Below are positions 1 through 11,121 of a DNA stretch of 64,000 bases, in pieces. This DNA is from a bacterium (GTDB taxonomy: Bacteria; Patescibacteriota; Patescibacteriia; SBBB01): contig SBBB01000011.1 in assembly GCA_005239895.1 (NCBI GenBank), positions 24,957 to 88,956 of the forward strand. Direction: 5' to 3'. The first letter of the stretch is position 1; each line of letters starts with the position of its first letter. The notes under the pieces are model-generated. The model saw nothing but the letters and a program-made list of their open reading frames with translations, did not search any database and was not told the DNA's origin. A program made the translations under genes and the position numbers.

Positions 1-332
1 TATTTGGTGGTTAAAATTAAACTAATATGACAGGATCTTTTGCGAATAACATAAGCTCTTCCAAACGCACGCGGCTGCATTCTCTTTAAAGTCGATCCTT
101 GATTCACAATAACATTCTTTACATACAAATCATCTTTTTTGACTTTAAAGTTATGCTCAGCGTTGGCAATGGTAGAATTCAATAATTTTAATATAGGCTT
201 GGAAGCTTGTTTAACTATAAACACTAATTGAGATGTGGCATCTTTAACCGGTAACCCCTTAATAACCTGAGCTACTAAACGGGCCTTGCGAGCGGATATT
301 CTTAAATGATTTAATTTAGCTTTAATTTCCAT
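1..332 (-). CDS. rplV: 50S ribosomal protein L22 (3' end cut by window edge)
   Basis: ATG at 332-330 on minus strand. The translation MEIKAKLNHLRISARKARLVAQV...MQPRAFGRAYVIRKRSCHISLILTTK is L22-like and reads through position 1 without a stop. It lies downstream of rpsS as in the S10 operon. Confidence 0.85.
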   Translation of the reverse strand, partial: MEIKAKLNHLRISARKARLVAQVIKGLPVKDATSQLVFIVKQASKPILKLLNSTIANAEHNFKVKKDDLYVKNVIVNQGSTLKRMQPRAFGRAYVIRKRSCHISLILTTK

Positions 333-343
333 ATTTTAGAATA

Positions 344-652
344 TTATTTCTTAGTGTCAGCCGCGGCTTTTTTAGCGGCTTGTTCAGCCTCTTTCTGCAT
401 ACGACCACCGTGTTTAATAAATTTACGCGTAAAAGAAAACTCACCTAATTTATGTCCAACCATATTTTCAATAATTAAAACTGGAACATGAGTTTTACCA
501 TTGTGAACTCCAATTGTATACCCTACCATTTCAGGAATAATAGTACAATCTCTAGACCATGTTTTAATAATGGTTGGATCTCCCGTAGGCAATTTTTTAA
601 TTTTGTTTAACAACCTTTCGTCTATATAAGGACCTTTTTTAAGCGAACGCAT
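344..652 (-). CDS. rpsS: 30S ribosomal protein S19
   Basis: The ORF-track protein has S19 hallmarks ([19 protein letters not shown]) and sits between rplB and rplV. It has a short Lys/Ala-rich C-terminal tail. Confidence 0.9.
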   Translation of the reverse strand: MRSLKKGPYIDERLLNKIKKLPTGDPTIIKTWSRDCTIIPEMVGYTIGVHNGKTHVPVLIIENMVGHKLGEFSFTRKFIKHGGRMQKEAEQAAKKAAADTKK

Positions 653-675
653 AATAATAAATCTTAAATCTTAAA

Positions 676-1530
676 TTAACGGTGTTTCTTTTTTCGGTGC
701 TGAACAATAAACTTGTTGGACATTTTATATTTCTTTCTAGTTTTTACACCCAAAGCTGGTTTACCGTAAACTGTTTTAGGACCAACTAAACCAACAGGCT
801 GATTACCTTCTCCCCCTCCATGCGGATGATCAATAGGATTCATGGCTTTGCCTCGAACTGTTGGTCGAAAACCCAATTTACGAATACGACCAGCCTTACC
901 CCAGCGAATATTTCTATGGTCCGAATTGCTTACCATGCCAATAGTGGCTAAACACTCTTTAGGTATAAATCTGATTTCCGTAGATGGCAAACGAACTTGC
1001 GCGTATTTCCCTTCAATACCCATTACCGAACATCCAACTCCTGCTCCTCGCACTAATTTTCCTCCGCACCCGGGTATTAATTCTACATTGTGTATCATAG
1101 TTCCAACGGGAATATGCTCTAATCTCATACGATTACCAACTTTGATTTCTAAAACATTTTGCGAAGTTTTAATAATATCATTTACAGATAATTTATCTGG
1201 AGCAATAATATATCTTTTTACATTTTTACCATCTAATGCATATTCCACTAAAGCTATGCGACTACTGCGACCAGGATCGTATTCAATGGAGCGCACGACA
1301 CCATCCGTATCCAAAAAATCTGTTTGTTTAAAATCAACAATTCTCAAGTACCTTTTAACACCACCACCTCTATGACGAACCGTAATTTTTCCTTGATTAT
1401 TACGACCAGCTAAAGACTTCTTTATTTTAATAAGACTCTTTTCCGGATGCGACTTAGTAATATCTGTAAAAGTATCTACAGATGAATTGCGTCTACCAGG
1501 TGATGTTGGTTTATAAATTCTAATTGGCAT
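676..1530 (-). CDS. rplB: 50S ribosomal protein L2
   Basis: 284-aa protein with L2 signature region ([24 protein letters not shown]). Position is canonical in the S10 operon. Confidence 0.95.
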   Translation of the reverse strand: MPIRIYKPTSPGRRNSSVDTFTDITKSHPEKSLIKIKKSLAGRNNQGKITVRHRGGGVKRYLRIVDFKQTDFLDTDGVVRSIEYDPGRSSRIALVEYALDGKNVKRYIIAPDKLSVNDIIKTSQNVLEIKVGNRMRLEHIPVGTMIHNVELIPGCGGKLVRGAGVGCSVMGIEGKYAQVRLPSTEIRFIPKECLATIGMVSNSDHRNIRWGKAGRIRKLGFRPTVRGKAMNPIDHPHGGGEGNQPVGLVGPKTVYGKPALGVKTRKKYKMSNKFIVQHRKKKHR

Positions 1531-1548
1531 ATAATAAGATTTAAGATT

Positions 1549-1590
1549 TCCTCCTTCGCTCCTAACGGAGCTACGAAGGACAAGTATGAT
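1549..1590. repeat. intercistronic nested hairpin (TCCTTCG...CGAAGGA with inner CTCC-GTTA-GGAG), copy 1 of a 2-copy family
   Basis: Inverted repeat read directly from the sequence between rplW and rplB. A longer related copy lies at 5369-5440 between fusA and tuf. Confidence 0.6.
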
Positions 1591-1640
1591 TTATTATTTT
1601 AACTTTTAACTTTTAACTTTCTACTTTTTACTTTCTAACT

Positions 1641-2033
1641 TTATAACTGTTTCAGCACCTCTCCAGTTTTTAAGGTTACATAAGCTTTTTTCCAATCACT
1701 GCGCTTGCTGCTTTTTCTTCCTCGATAAACTTTCTTGCCTAACATATGTATAATATTAACAGCCGTAGGGGTTACACCATAAAGTTTTTTAATCTCTTTT
1801 TTAACTTCAATTTTATTAGCCTTCAAAGCAATCTCAAACATATAACAATTATTTTTGTTCAACATTGTAACTTTTTCCGTGGCTAAATTCTTGATTAAAA
1901 TTTGAGAATTTAGTTTAGCATCCTTAGTAGTGGTTGGTTGAACTTGAGACTTGGTTACAGTTGTGTCTGGCGTTAAGGGCTTAACGTCAGGTTGTTTTTT
2001 ATTAGTTTTTTTAAAAGCATTCCAAAACGCCAT
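1641..2033 (-). CDS. rplW: 50S ribosomal protein L23 with ~40-aa low-complexity N-terminal extension
   Basis: The C-terminal 90 aa align to the L23 family (ATEKV...KKAYVTLKTGEVL) and the gene is in operon position. The N-terminus is Thr/Lys/Pro-rich. Confidence 0.85.
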   Translation of the reverse strand: MAFWNAFKKTNKKQPDVKPLTPDTTVTKSQVQPTTTKDAKLNSQILIKNLATEKVTMLNKNNCYMFEIALKANKIEVKKEIKKLYGVTPTAVNIIHMLGKKVYRGRKSSKRSDWKKAYVTLKTGEVLKQL

Positions 2034-2039
2034 ATAATA

Positions 2040-2708
2040 TTAGGAATTCGTAGATTTACCTTGTAACTTAATTTCTAAAGCTTTCAGAGCTTCCAAGGGA
2101 AGCATTAAATATTTAGATTTTAATATAGCTCCTAAATTTAATCTATCTATAACACAAGTTTTTACATTTGGCAAGTTTTGAGAGGCTTTAATAATATAAT
2201 CTTCCCGGGGACTTAAAGTTAATAAAACCTTGGACAGTTTATTGTCAATACATCCATTAGTTATAAAATTCTGAATCAAATTAGCCATAATTTTAGTTTT
2301 GGGCGGAAAAGCAACTTCTATCTTATCTAAAATAATTAAACGCTTATTTAAAGCTTTGTCCGTCAAAGACATTAACAGCGCTTGGTGTTTCATTTTTTTG
2401 TTTATTTTTTGAGTATAATTTCGATCGGATCGAGGTCCAAATACAATTCCTCCACCCTTCCATTGAGGAGCTCTAATAGAACCTTGTCTAGCGCGACCAG
2501 TTCCTTTTTGCTTCCAAGGTTTGCGTCCACCGCCTTGCACTTCCGAACGAATCTTGGTGTGCGCTACAGTAGGCCTAGCATTGGCCATTTGAGCCCGAAT
2601 AGCCTGATGCACTAAAGCTGGATTCATTTTTATACCAAAAATATTAGCCTTAAGATCATAAGACCCCACAGACTCACCTTTCTGATTATAAATATTAAAA
2701 CTTATCAT
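2040..2708 (-). CDS. rplD: 50S ribosomal protein L4
   Basis: 222-aa L4-like protein (GGGRKPWKQKGTGRARQGSIRAPQW) in operon position. Confidence 0.9.
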   Translation of the reverse strand: MISFNIYNQKGESVGSYDLKANIFGIKMNPALVHQAIRAQMANARPTVAHTKIRSEVQGGGRKPWKQKGTGRARQGSIRAPQWKGGGIVFGPRSDRNYTQKINKKMKHQALLMSLTDKALNKRLIILDKIEVAFPPKTKIMANLIQNFITNGCIDNKLSKVLLTLSPREDYIIKASQNLPNVKTCVIDRLNLGAILKSKYLMLPLEALKALEIKLQGKSTNS

Positions 2709-2712
2709 ATAT

Positions 2713-3321
2713 TTAGATCGCGGATTTAATTTTTACTAATCCGGTTTTAGCTCCGGGAATACCACCTTTTAACATTAATAAATTTTTTTCAATATCAATT
2801 TTAACAATACGCGTATTTTTAATCGTAATTTGATCGCATCCCATTCTACCACCCATGCGCGTGCCTTTTAAAACGTGCTGCATACCACCGGCCCCAATAG
2901 CTCCAGGCATTCTTAAATTATCTTTATGACCATGTGAAGCTGGCCCTCCTGCAAAATGGTGCCTTCTAACCACTCCCTGAAATCCTTTACCCTTAGATAC
3001 ACCCGTAACATTAACAACATCTCCAACTTTAAAAACACTGACATCTATTTTGTCTCCCACATTTAACGCAGATCCATCGTCAATTTTAAATTCTTTTAAA
3101 TAACGAAAATTTCCTGCGCCTTTTAAGTGCCCTAAAATTGGTTTGGTAATTGTTTTTTTATTTCCAAAACCAAATTGAACCGCTTGATATTTGTCTTTAT
3201 CCATGGTTTTAACTTGGGTAACAGTTATAGGACCAGCTTTCACAATTGTAACAGGTATAACCTTACCATTATCATCAAATATCTGAGACATTTTAATTTT
3301 CTCTCCTAAAATAAATTTCAT
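2713..3321 (-). CDS. rplC: 50S ribosomal protein L3
   Basis: 202-aa L3-like protein (GKGFQGVVRRHHFAGGPASHG) in operon position. Confidence 0.9.
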   Translation of the reverse strand: MKFILGEKIKMSQIFDDNGKVIPVTIVKAGPITVTQVKTMDKDKYQAVQFGFGNKKTITKPILGHLKGAGNFRYLKEFKIDDGSALNVGDKIDVSVFKVGDVVNVTGVSKGKGFQGVVRRHHFAGGPASHGHKDNLRMPGAIGAGGMQHVLKGTRMGGRMGCDQITIKNTRIVKIDIEKNLLMLKGGIPGAKTGLVKIKSAI

Positions 3322-3484
3322 AAATAAGTCCTAAAGCACTTAATAAATACTAGATTAAACTCTTTTTAACCCAAAAAACACCACGTTCCTCTCGTTTATT
3401 AGATTCAATATATAATACTAGATATTCACCAAATAATCAAGACTATCTAGATTATACAAAAATACACGAGATAAATATGGTGTT

Positions 3485-3976
3485 TTATATCTTAATGTCA
3501 ATATGCACACCAGCTGGTAAATTTAAATTCATTAGAGCTGTTGTCAATTGAGCATTGGGTTCTAAAATATCAATCAATCTTTTGTGGGTTCTAATTTCAT
3601 ACTGTTCACGTGAATCTTTATGAACAAATGGCGAACGCAAAACCGTATACTTCTTAATATGAGTTGGCAAGGGTATAGGACCAGCAATTTTGGCCCCATT
3701 GCGCATAGCGGTTTCTATAATATTTTGACAAGAATGATCAAGAATTTTATGATCATAAGCCTGTAATTTAATCCTAATCTTGGGTGTACCATTTTCAGTT
3801 TCTACCTTAGCTTGAGTTTTAGACGCAACTTCCGTATTAACAACAGAACTACTACTATCTTTAAAATCTAAATAAGAACTTTTTGGATTCTTTTTTTTAG
3901 ATTTCTCGGTTATAGATTTGGTCTTAATGTTTTTTTTAATCCCCTTATCTTTGTTTTCGATTTTCATGATGACCAT
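3485..3976 (-). CDS. rpsJ: 30S ribosomal protein S10 with ~60-aa Lys-rich N-terminal extension
   Basis: The C-terminal ~100 aa are S10-like ([14 protein letters not shown]...PLPT...[14 protein letters not shown]). The upstream part is K/S-rich low complexity. Confidence 0.85.
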   Translation of the reverse strand: MVIMKIENKDKGIKKNIKTKSITEKSKKKNPKSSYLDFKDSSSSVVNTEVASKTQAKVETENGTPKIRIKLQAYDHKILDHSCQNIIETAMRNGAKIAGPIPLPTHIKKYTVLRSPFVHKDSREQYEIRTHKRLIDILEPNAQLTTALMNLNLPAGVHIDIKI

Positions 3977-4014
3977 AATTCTAATAAATTGTCAAAAATC
4001 TCATGTTAAATTTT

Positions 4015-5205
4015 TTATTTAATAATCTTAGTTACAACACCCGCGCCAACCGTATGACCGCCTTCTCGAATAGCAAATCTTTGTTTTTCTTCCAAAGCAA
4101 TAGGCGTAATTAATTTAACTTTTACATTTACAGTGTCACCGGGCATAACCATTTCAACATTAGCTGGTAAATCAATTTCACCAGTTACATCCGTGGTGCG
4201 AATATAAAACTGAGGTTTATAGCCTTTAAAAAATGGTTTATGTCTGCCACCTTCGTTTTGAGTAAGAATATAGGTTTCAGATTCAAATTCAGTGTGAGGA
4301 GTAATAGTTCCTGGTTTAACTAAGACTTGTCCTCTCTGAACATCTTCTTTTTTAATACCTCTTAATAAAATACCAGCATTGTCTCCGGCGCGACCTTCGT
4401 CTAATTGTTTATTAAACATTTCAATACCTATAACCACGGTTTGCTGCGTATCTCTAATGCCCACAATTTCTACGGGGTCATTGAGTTTAATTAGACCGCG
4501 CTCAATTCTACCAGTTACAACTGTACCGCGCCCTTCAATAGAAAAAACATCTTCAATAGACATTAAAAACGGTTTTTCAACATCCCTCTGAGGAACGGGA
4601 ATATATTCGTCCACAGCTTTTATTAAATCTAAAACAGGCTGAGCATCTGGACCCGTAGAATTTTCTAAGGCCTTTAAAGCTGAACCTCTAATAATTGGCA
4701 AAGTATCACCAGGAAAATCATATTTCTTTAATAAATCCTTAATATCTTCGACAACAAAGTCTATTAATTCTTGTTCTTTAACCATGTCAACTTTATTCAA
4801 AAAAACTACTAAATATGGTACACCTACCTGTCTAGCTAAAAGAATATGTTCACGAGTCTGAGGCATAGGACCATCTGTGGCTGAAACCACTAAAATGGCG
4901 CCATCCATTTGAGCCGCGCCCGTAATCATATTTTTTACATAATCAGCATGACCCGGACAATCTATGTGAGCATAGTGTCTAGTATCAGATTCGTATTCAA
5001 CATGAGCCGTAGCAATAGTAATACCTCTCGCCCTCTCTTCAGGAGCATTGTCAATTTGATCAATTTTTTTATCTTGAGCTTTTTTACCAGCGCTACGCAA
5101 GACTTGTAGAATAGCCGCGGTTAAGGTTGTTTTACCATGATCAACATGACCTATAGTACCAATATTAAGATGAGGTTTGGAACGATCAAATTTTTCATTT
5201 GCCAT
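4015..5205 (-). CDS. tuf: elongation factor Tu
   Basis: 396 aa with G-domain motifs [17 protein letters not shown] and NKVD. It follows fusA. Confidence 0.97.
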   Translation of the reverse strand: MANEKFDRSKPHLNIGTIGHVDHGKTTLTAAILQVLRSAGKKAQDKKIDQIDNAPEERARGITIATAHVEYESDTRHYAHIDCPGHADYVKNMITGAAQMDGAILVVSATDGPMPQTREHILLARQVGVPYLVVFLNKVDMVKEQELIDFVVEDIKDLLKKYDFPGDTLPIIRGSALKALENSTGPDAQPVLDLIKAVDEYIPVPQRDVEKPFLMSIEDVFSIEGRGTVVTGRIERGLIKLNDPVEIVGIRDTQQTVVIGIEMFNKQLDEGRAGDNAGILLRGIKKEDVQRGQVLVKPGTITPHTEFESETYILTQNEGGRHKPFFKGYKPQFYIRTTDVTGEIDLPANVEMVMPGDTVNVKVKLITPIALEEKQRFAIREGGHTVGAGVVTKIIK

Positions 5206-5368
5206 ATATTTATTAGATTATTTTAAATTTTAAAAATTAGAAAGACAAAATATATATTACCATAGATAAAAATTCCAGTCAATAGCTAAAAAATACTTTA
5301 TCCACAAGACTTTCTCCACCAAAATTTAATCAGTAATCAGTAACTCGTAAATCAGTAAACCGTAAATC

Positions 5369-5440
5369 TTACTTGTCCTCCGTAGCCCTCGCCGTTACGA
5401 AGCCGCTATGGCGAAGTACGGTTAGCGAAGGAGAAAACCC
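5369..5440. repeat. intercistronic hairpin repeat, copy 2 (longer variant of the 1549-1590 element)
   Basis: It shares TACTTGTCCTYCGTAGC...CGTTA..AGCGAAGGAG with the rplW/rplB spacer element. It lies between fusA and tuf. Confidence 0.55.
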
Positions 5441-5453
5441 TAAACCCTAAATT

Positions 5454-7544
5454 CTAAATCCTATTCTCTTCTTTCTTAGCATTGGTTATTTCATCTACAA
5501 CATTTTTAGGAACCTCGCAATATTCACTAAACTCCATATTATAACTACCACGACCTTGGGTTAAAGATCGCAACTGGGTCGCGTAACCAAACATATTTGA
5601 CAGGGGTATAATACTATCAATAACTTTAATATTAGCCCTATCACCTATATTTTTAATTTGTCCGCGCTTACTATTTAAATCTCCAATAATTTCACCTAAA
5701 AATTGATCAGGAACCACAACCTCAACTTGCATTATGGGTTCTAATAATATGGGATGAGCTTTACGTACTGCAGCTTGCAAAGCCATGGCTCCAGCAATTT
5801 TAAAAGCAATTTCCGAAGAATCAACTTCGTGATAAGAACCATCATATAAAGTAACTCTAATATCAACCAAGGGATATTCAGCTATAACTCCTTTTTGCAA
5901 AGCTTCTTTAACTCCTTTTTCAATAGCGGGAATATATTCTTTAGGAACAACCCCACCTTTTATACTATCCACAAATTCAAAACCTTGACCCCGACTTAAA
6001 GATTCAACTTTTAACCAACAATGACCATACTGTCCTCTACCGCCGGATTGTCGTATATATTTACCCTCAGCTTCGGCTGTATCTAAAATAGTTTCTTTAT
6101 ACGCCACCCGAGGATTACCAACATTAACATCCACATTAAATTCTCGTTTCATACGATCAATAATAATTTCCAAATGCAATTCTCCCATTCCCGAAAGAAT
6201 GGTTTGCAAGGTTTCATTGTCCGTGTGTATTCTTAAAGTCGGATCTTCGCTCGCCAACTTGGACAAAGCCACGCTAATCTTTTCTTGGTCAGCTTTAGTT
6301 TTGGGTTCAACCGCAATACTGATTACCGGATCGGGAAAAGTAATAGATTCCAAGACAATTAAATTTTCAGGATCGCATAAAGTATGTCCAGTTAAAGTAT
6401 TTTTTAAACCCACGGCCGCGGCTATGTCTCCCGCGTAAACATCGGAAATATCTTCCCGAGTATTAGCATGCAAACGAACGATTCTACCTATGCGTTCCGT
6501 TTCATTTATGGATGAATTATACACATAAGAACCAGCTGCTAAATGTCCGCTATACACTCTAAAAAAACATAATTTACCAATAAACGGATCAGTAGCTAAT
6601 TTAAAAACTAAACCTGTAAATGGTTCGCTGTCCGATGTCTGTCTTATCATTTTAGAGTTATCTTTAGGATTAGTGCCTTCCGTAGATTTAATATCTAGAG
6701 GAGAGGGTAAATAGTCTACCACAGCATCTAGTAAAAATTGCACACCTTTGTTTTTTAAAGCTGCTCCGCACAGTACAGGAATAATTTTTATATCTAAGAC
6801 TGCTTTTCTTAAAACGGTCTTTAAAGTATCTATAGAAATCTTATCTACCTCACCCGCTAAATACATTTCCATTAAAGCATTGTCTTGTTCCACAATTTTT
6901 TCTATTAAACGCAATCTATATTCTTCAACCATGGACTTCAAATCCTCGGGAATAGCGCGCTCTTCAAAACGAGTGCCTAAATCATCTAAATAAAAAATAG
7001 CTTTCCTTTCAATTAAATCAATAATACCTTGAAATTTATCTTCCGCTCCAATAGGCAATTGCATTAAATACGCGTCTTTGGTTAAACGCTCTTGAATGGA
7101 TGCAAAACTACCCAAAAAATTAGCCCCCAAACGATCCATTTTATTAATAAAACAAATTCGAGGCACGCGAAATTTATCAGCTTGATGCCAAACAGTTTCC
7201 GACTGAGGCTCAACTCCAGCTACGCCATCAAAAACCACAACTCCGCCATCCAACACTCTTAAAGAGCGCTGAACTTCCACGGTAAAATCAATATGGCCGG
7301 GCGTGTCTATAAGATTAAGTCGATGACTTTTCCAAAAACAAGTTGTAGCTGCGGCAGTAATGGTAATACCGCGCTCGCGCTCTTGCTCCATCCAATCCAT
7401 AGTAGCTTCACCTTCATGAACTTCACCAATTTTGTGTTTTTTACCTGTATAAAAAAGAATGCGTTCGGAAACTGTAGTTTTTCCAGCGTCTATGTGGGCA
7501 ATGATGCCAAAATTTCTAGTTTGCTCTAAAGAATATTCACGCAT
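5454..7544 (-). CDS. fusA: elongation factor G
   Basis: 696 aa with [17 protein letters not shown] and EF-G domain IV/V motifs. It lies between rpsG and tuf. Confidence 0.97.
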   Translation of the reverse strand: MREYSLEQTRNFGIIAHIDAGKTTVSERILFYTGKKHKIGEVHEGEATMDWMEQERERGITITAAATTCFWKSHRLNLIDTPGHIDFTVEVQRSLRVLDGGVVVFDGVAGVEPQSETVWHQADKFRVPRICFINKMDRLGANFLGSFASIQERLTKDAYLMQLPIGAEDKFQGIIDLIERKAIFYLDDLGTRFEERAIPEDLKSMVEEYRLRLIEKIVEQDNALMEMYLAGEVDKISIDTLKTVLRKAVLDIKIIPVLCGAALKNKGVQFLLDAVVDYLPSPLDIKSTEGTNPKDNSKMIRQTSDSEPFTGLVFKLATDPFIGKLCFFRVYSGHLAAGSYVYNSSINETERIGRIVRLHANTREDISDVYAGDIAAAVGLKNTLTGHTLCDPENLIVLESITFPDPVISIAVEPKTKADQEKISVALSKLASEDPTLRIHTDNETLQTILSGMGELHLEIIIDRMKREFNVDVNVGNPRVAYKETILDTAEAEGKYIRQSGGRGQYGHCWLKVESLSRGQGFEFVDSIKGGVVPKEYIPAIEKGVKEALQKGVIAEYPLVDIRVTLYDGSYHEVDSSEIAFKIAGAMALQAAVRKAHPILLEPIMQVEVVVPDQFLGEIIGDLNSKRGQIKNIGDRANIKVIDSIIPLSNMFGYATQLRSLTQGRGSYNMEFSEYCEVPKNVVDEITNAKKEENRI

Positions 7545-7546
7545 AT

Positions 7547-8038
7547 CTATACTTTGCTAACTGGTTTCTTAAAGCGTAAAAAATGAGCAAACGCTTTGTT
7601 GGCTTCAGCCATACGATGCGTATCTTGTTTCTTTTTGATGGCTACACCTATACCATTTAACACATCTAACATTTCTTGCGCTAACTTTTCTTGCATAGGT
7701 TTACCTTTACGCTCCCGCGCAGCATTAATCAACCAACGAAAGGCTAACATATATCTTCGTCTACCACTAACAGGCATGGGTATTTGATAATTAGCTCCTC
7801 CAATACGCCTACTACGCACCTCTAATAAAGGCGTAAGCGCTTTGACAACTTTATCAAACACTTCCAAGGGTTCTTGTTTAGAACGCTCCTTAACAATATC
7901 TAAAGCATTATAAACAATTTTTTGAGCCACGGTTTTTTTACCTCTTTGCATTATATAGTTAATAAATTTTCCCAGATCTACATTTTGAAATTTATAATCC
8001 GGAGCAATATTTCTTTTTGGAACTTGACCACTGCGCAT
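7547..8038 (-). CDS. rpsG: 30S ribosomal protein S7
   Basis: 163-aa S7-like protein in str operon position. Confidence 0.95.
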   Translation of the reverse strand: MRSGQVPKRNIAPDYKFQNVDLGKFINYIMQRGKKTVAQKIVYNALDIVKERSKQEPLEVFDKVVKALTPLLEVRSRRIGGANYQIPMPVSGRRRYMLAFRWLINAARERKGKPMQEKLAQEMLDVLNGIGVAIKKKQDTHRMAEANKAFAHFLRFKKPVSKV

Positions 8039-8058
8039 AATAAAAAATTAAAATAAAA

Positions 8059-8484
8059 TTAGGTTTTTTGTTTAGGTTTTTTAACACCATAAAGAGATCT
8101 ACCTCTTCTACGATCCGCAACGCCTTGAGTGTCATACACACCTCTAACAATGTGGTAACGCACACCCGGTAAATCTTTAACTCTTCCACCTCTAATTAAA
8201 ACCACAGAATGTTCTTGCAAATTATGACCAATTCCAGGAATATACGCTGTCACTTCCATTCCATTAGATAAACGAACTCTGGCTATTTTACGCAAAGCTG
8301 AGTTTGGTTTTTTGGGTGTAGTTGTGGTTACTTTTAAACAAACTCCACGCTTAAATGGACTACCTTTAGGCAATCTATTTTCTACGCGCTTTAAAGTATT
8401 AAAAACTGTCATTAAAGCTGGAGATTTAGATTTTTTAGTTTTAGATGTTCTGCCGTAACGTAATAATTGATTAATTGTGGGCAT
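8059..8484 (-). CDS. rpsL: 30S ribosomal protein S12
   Basis: 141-aa S12-like protein ([16 protein letters not shown]) at the head of the str operon. Confidence 0.95.
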   Translation of the reverse strand: MPTINQLLRYGRTSKTKKSKSPALMTVFNTLKRVENRLPKGSPFKRGVCLKVTTTTPKKPNSALRKIARVRLSNGMEVTAYIPGIGHNLQEHSVVLIRGGRVKDLPGVRYHIVRGVYDTQGVADRRRGRSLYGVKKPKQKT

Positions 8485-8520
8485 AATTAAATAAAAAATG
8501 AGACTTTTGAATTATATAAT

Positions 8521-8575
8521 ATCTAAAAACATAAGTCAAGGATTGCAGCGCGCATCCTTGACTTAGTCAAAAAAG
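8521..8575 (-). terminator. stem-loop (AGTCAAGGAT...ATCCTTGACT) followed by a U-run on the minus strand; likely terminator of the pilin gene
   Basis: A 10-bp GC-containing inverted repeat sits directly 3' of the 8605 stop. On the minus strand it is followed by UAUGUUUUUAG. Confidence 0.55.
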
Positions 8576-8604
8576 GGTTTAAACCATTAATAAGCATAAT
8601 GATT

Positions 8605-10914
8605 TTAAGGGCTTGTAATTTTAAATTCATCAAACAAAATATTTACTTGGCCATAAGTATCAACAGCCAAACCAGCGTCTCCCGCATTAGTAATCGGACT
8701 AGATACATCTGTATAGGTAATACGAAGATCTTGTTCAGGTAATGGTATAGTAGTACCAAGATAAACCTTTAAAGTAACAGTCTCTGGAGGTCCAGCATTA
8801 GTTGTAGATGTTAATTTTAGCCAAACATAACTATTCAAATCTCCAGATATATTAGAAATAACAACTTCGTCTAATTTCTGACTAACACCATTTATTCTTT
8901 TATATAAAGATAATTTATCCGTAATAGCATTAAAAAACGCGTAATAACCATTTGAATCTAAGTTAGGAGCCAGGGTGTTTATGTCATCAATAACAAACTC
9001 GCAACCAATTCCCGTACTAGATACACATCCTGTACCAACAGCTTTAGTAATATACGCATATGATCCATCAATCGCTACACTCTTTCCATTCGTATCCAAA
9101 TCTTGTCCAGCTTTATATGTAACAGTAGTTGTGGGTGTTGTCACGTCAAAAACGCGCAATTCACAACCTGTTGATGTTGCATTGCTGCAAGTACCTGTGT
9201 TTGTATCACTAACCACATAAGCATAAACTACAGGATTAGAAGTCAAACCTTTGGCTACATATACTCCATTAGCATTAACACCTAAATCAAAACCATTTTT
9301 ATAAACTGAATTCGTTGCAGAAGAAACATCATGCACTAATAATTCACAACCCGTAGAAGTGGATGTGTCACAAGGTCCTGCAACCGCATTTCTAACTATG
9401 TAAGCATAATCACCATAAATATAAGCACCATTGCCAGGATCACTGGTTAAATTAATAGAACTATAAAATGGTCGCGGTATAGTGGTTGAACTGGCGTCAA
9501 ATATTGTAAATTCACAACCAACTGAAGTTGGGGAGGGTGTACAGTCTGCAGTACTAAATGGCCTAGATACATATATATAACTACATCCATAGGGAGCAAC
9601 TCCAGTAGCAGGACCACCCAAATCAACCCCACTATCAAATGAAAGCGTAGGCTTACTATTAACATCCATTCCTATTTTATAAATAATAAGTTCACAACCT
9701 GTGGGACCAGAACCACAGGTCGTGGTATTTTCATCTGTAGCCACATGAACATAATCACCTTCTATATAAATACCCTTGGCACTAGCGCCTAAGCTTTGAC
9801 CAGTAACAAAAGTTGGATTAGTAGAAGAAGCAATATCAAAAACACTCAACTCACATCCAGTCGAAGTTGTGGTATCGCAAGTACCAGTATTATTATCTTT
9901 CACTACAAAAGCATATTGACCTTTTATAAACACACCATTACCAGTGGTGTTTAAATCAAAACCACCTCTAGTTGCAACAGCTGGTGTTGAAGTTGGCGGC
10001 GTGTAATCAAATCTACGAGTCACAATACCCATATTAGTTGGCAAGATATTGTCATTATTATTTATAGCAACTTGAACTGAATAATTAGCTGATGTAGTTG
10101 CAACCTGCACAGCAGCTGGGGGAACATTTACAGTATTAAACCCTTCAGAAAAAACAAACTCTGCCGCACCTGGAGTTGTGGGAGTAGCAACACCCGGTAC
10201 AACTACTCCACTTGTACTTGCCACAGAAAATGTTCCTGATCTAGGAGTCACAAAACTGGTCGAAGGAGTAGCAGTATTGACCAAGGTAGAAGCTGCTGCT
10301 CTATTAAAAGTATCTGTGAATACTGGTGCTGGGGGTGGAGCCAAGGAACCACCTGAAACATTTTCTGCTTCTGTATCACAGGGTGCTGAAGTAATACCAT
10401 CTTGAGTGGCAAGATAACAACCAGCTTTATAAGTTCCAACTCCAGATTCAAGCGCAAATTTTATCCGATATTTATCCAATTCAGTTGTACCAGTAACTGG
10501 ATCAGTTTGGCTATACATATAACCACCCATTTTACCATTGGGTTGAGGATTTTTAGGAACAACTTCCATATAATGAACTCCATCATCCGTACCACCAGCA
10601 GCCACAAAACCACTGTCAGACAACACAACGCAATTAGTATTACCCAAACCTGACGCTGTGGTGGTAGTAGCATTACATACGCCTGTTGTATCAGCTGGAG
10701 CAGGTGGGTACTTCTGATTCGTATTAAAATATTGAGCTAAAGCAGCTTGAAATTGTTTAACATCTGCTAATCTTTTACTGTCCCTAGACACAGCGCGCAC
10801 CCTATTCACAGCAACCATACTTATACCAGCTAATATACCAACAATGGCTATTACTACTAATAATTCAATTAAAGTAAAACCTAATTGAAATTTAATATAT
10901 TTTTTAGTGCTCAT
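8605..10914 (-). CDS. giant type IV pilin-like protein (class III signal peptide) with repeated Cys-containing LVIVD-like beta-propeller modules
   Basis: The N-terminus MSTKKYIKFQLG/FTLIELLVVIAIVGILAGI is a textbook prepilin cleavage/methylation motif. The body has >=6 repeats of ...TGTCdTtTSTGCEL.VFDv.. resembling LVIVD repeats. Confidence 0.7.
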   Translation of the reverse strand: MSTKKYIKFQLGFTLIELLVVIAIVGILAGISMVAVNRVRAVSRDSKRLADVKQFQAALAQYFNTNQKYPPAPADTTGVCNATTTTASGLGNTNCVVLSDSGFVAAGGTDDGVHYMEVVPKNPQPNGKMGGYMYSQTDPVTGTTELDKYRIKFALESGVGTYKAGCYLATQDGITSAPCDTEAENVSGGSLAPPPAPVFTDTFNRAAASTLVNTATPSTSFVTPRSGTFSVASTSGVVVPGVATPTTPGAAEFVFSEGFNTVNVPPAAVQVATTSANYSVQVAINNNDNILPTNMGIVTRRFDYTPPTSTPAVATRGGFDLNTTGNGVFIKGQYAFVVKDNNTGTCDTTTSTGCELSVFDIASSTNPTFVTGQSLGASAKGIYIEGDYVHVATDENTTTCGSGPTGCELIIYKIGMDVNSKPTLSFDSGVDLGGPATGVAPYGCSYIYVSRPFSTADCTPSPTSVGCEFTIFDASSTTIPRPFYSSINLTSDPGNGAYIYGDYAYIVRNAVAGPCDTSTSTGCELLVHDVSSATNSVYKNGFDLGVNANGVYVAKGLTSNPVVYAYVVSDTNTGTCSNATSTGCELRVFDVTTPTTTVTYKAGQDLDTNGKSVAIDGSYAYITKAVGTGCVSSTGIGCEFVIDDINTLAPNLDSNGYYAFFNAITDKLSLYKRINGVSQKLDEVVISNISGDLNSYVWLKLTSTTNAGPPETVTLKVYLGTTIPLPEQDLRITYTDVSSPITNAGDAGLAVDTYGQVNILFDEFKITSP

Positions 10915-11121
10915 ATTTTAATAACGTAAAAATATAATTAAGGTATTATAAAAAATAAAAATTAATATTAGAAATATTATAACACAATTTTTTGAGTATA
11001 AACAGAAAAAAACTCTAGAAGATATCCACAGGAAGAAAGTTGAAAGTTTATCAAGTTATAAAGTTTAACCATCTCACTTTGTCATTCCCTACCATTAAAA
11101 GATCGCCTGAAAATAAATACA

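Noticed and set aside
842-1375. Plus-strand 177-aa ORF antisense to rplB, and similar antisense ORFs listed by the ORF track (2382..2615, 4379..4591, 6199..6438, 17595..17996, 28853..29206, 62071..62625 and others)
   Set aside because: Each lies wholly inside a well-supported conserved gene on the other strand. Their protein sequences are low-complexity.
7992-8189. 65-aa ORF spanning the rpsL-rpsG junction
   Set aside because: It overlaps the 5' end of rpsG and the rpsL 3' end out of frame, an artefact of the dense operon.
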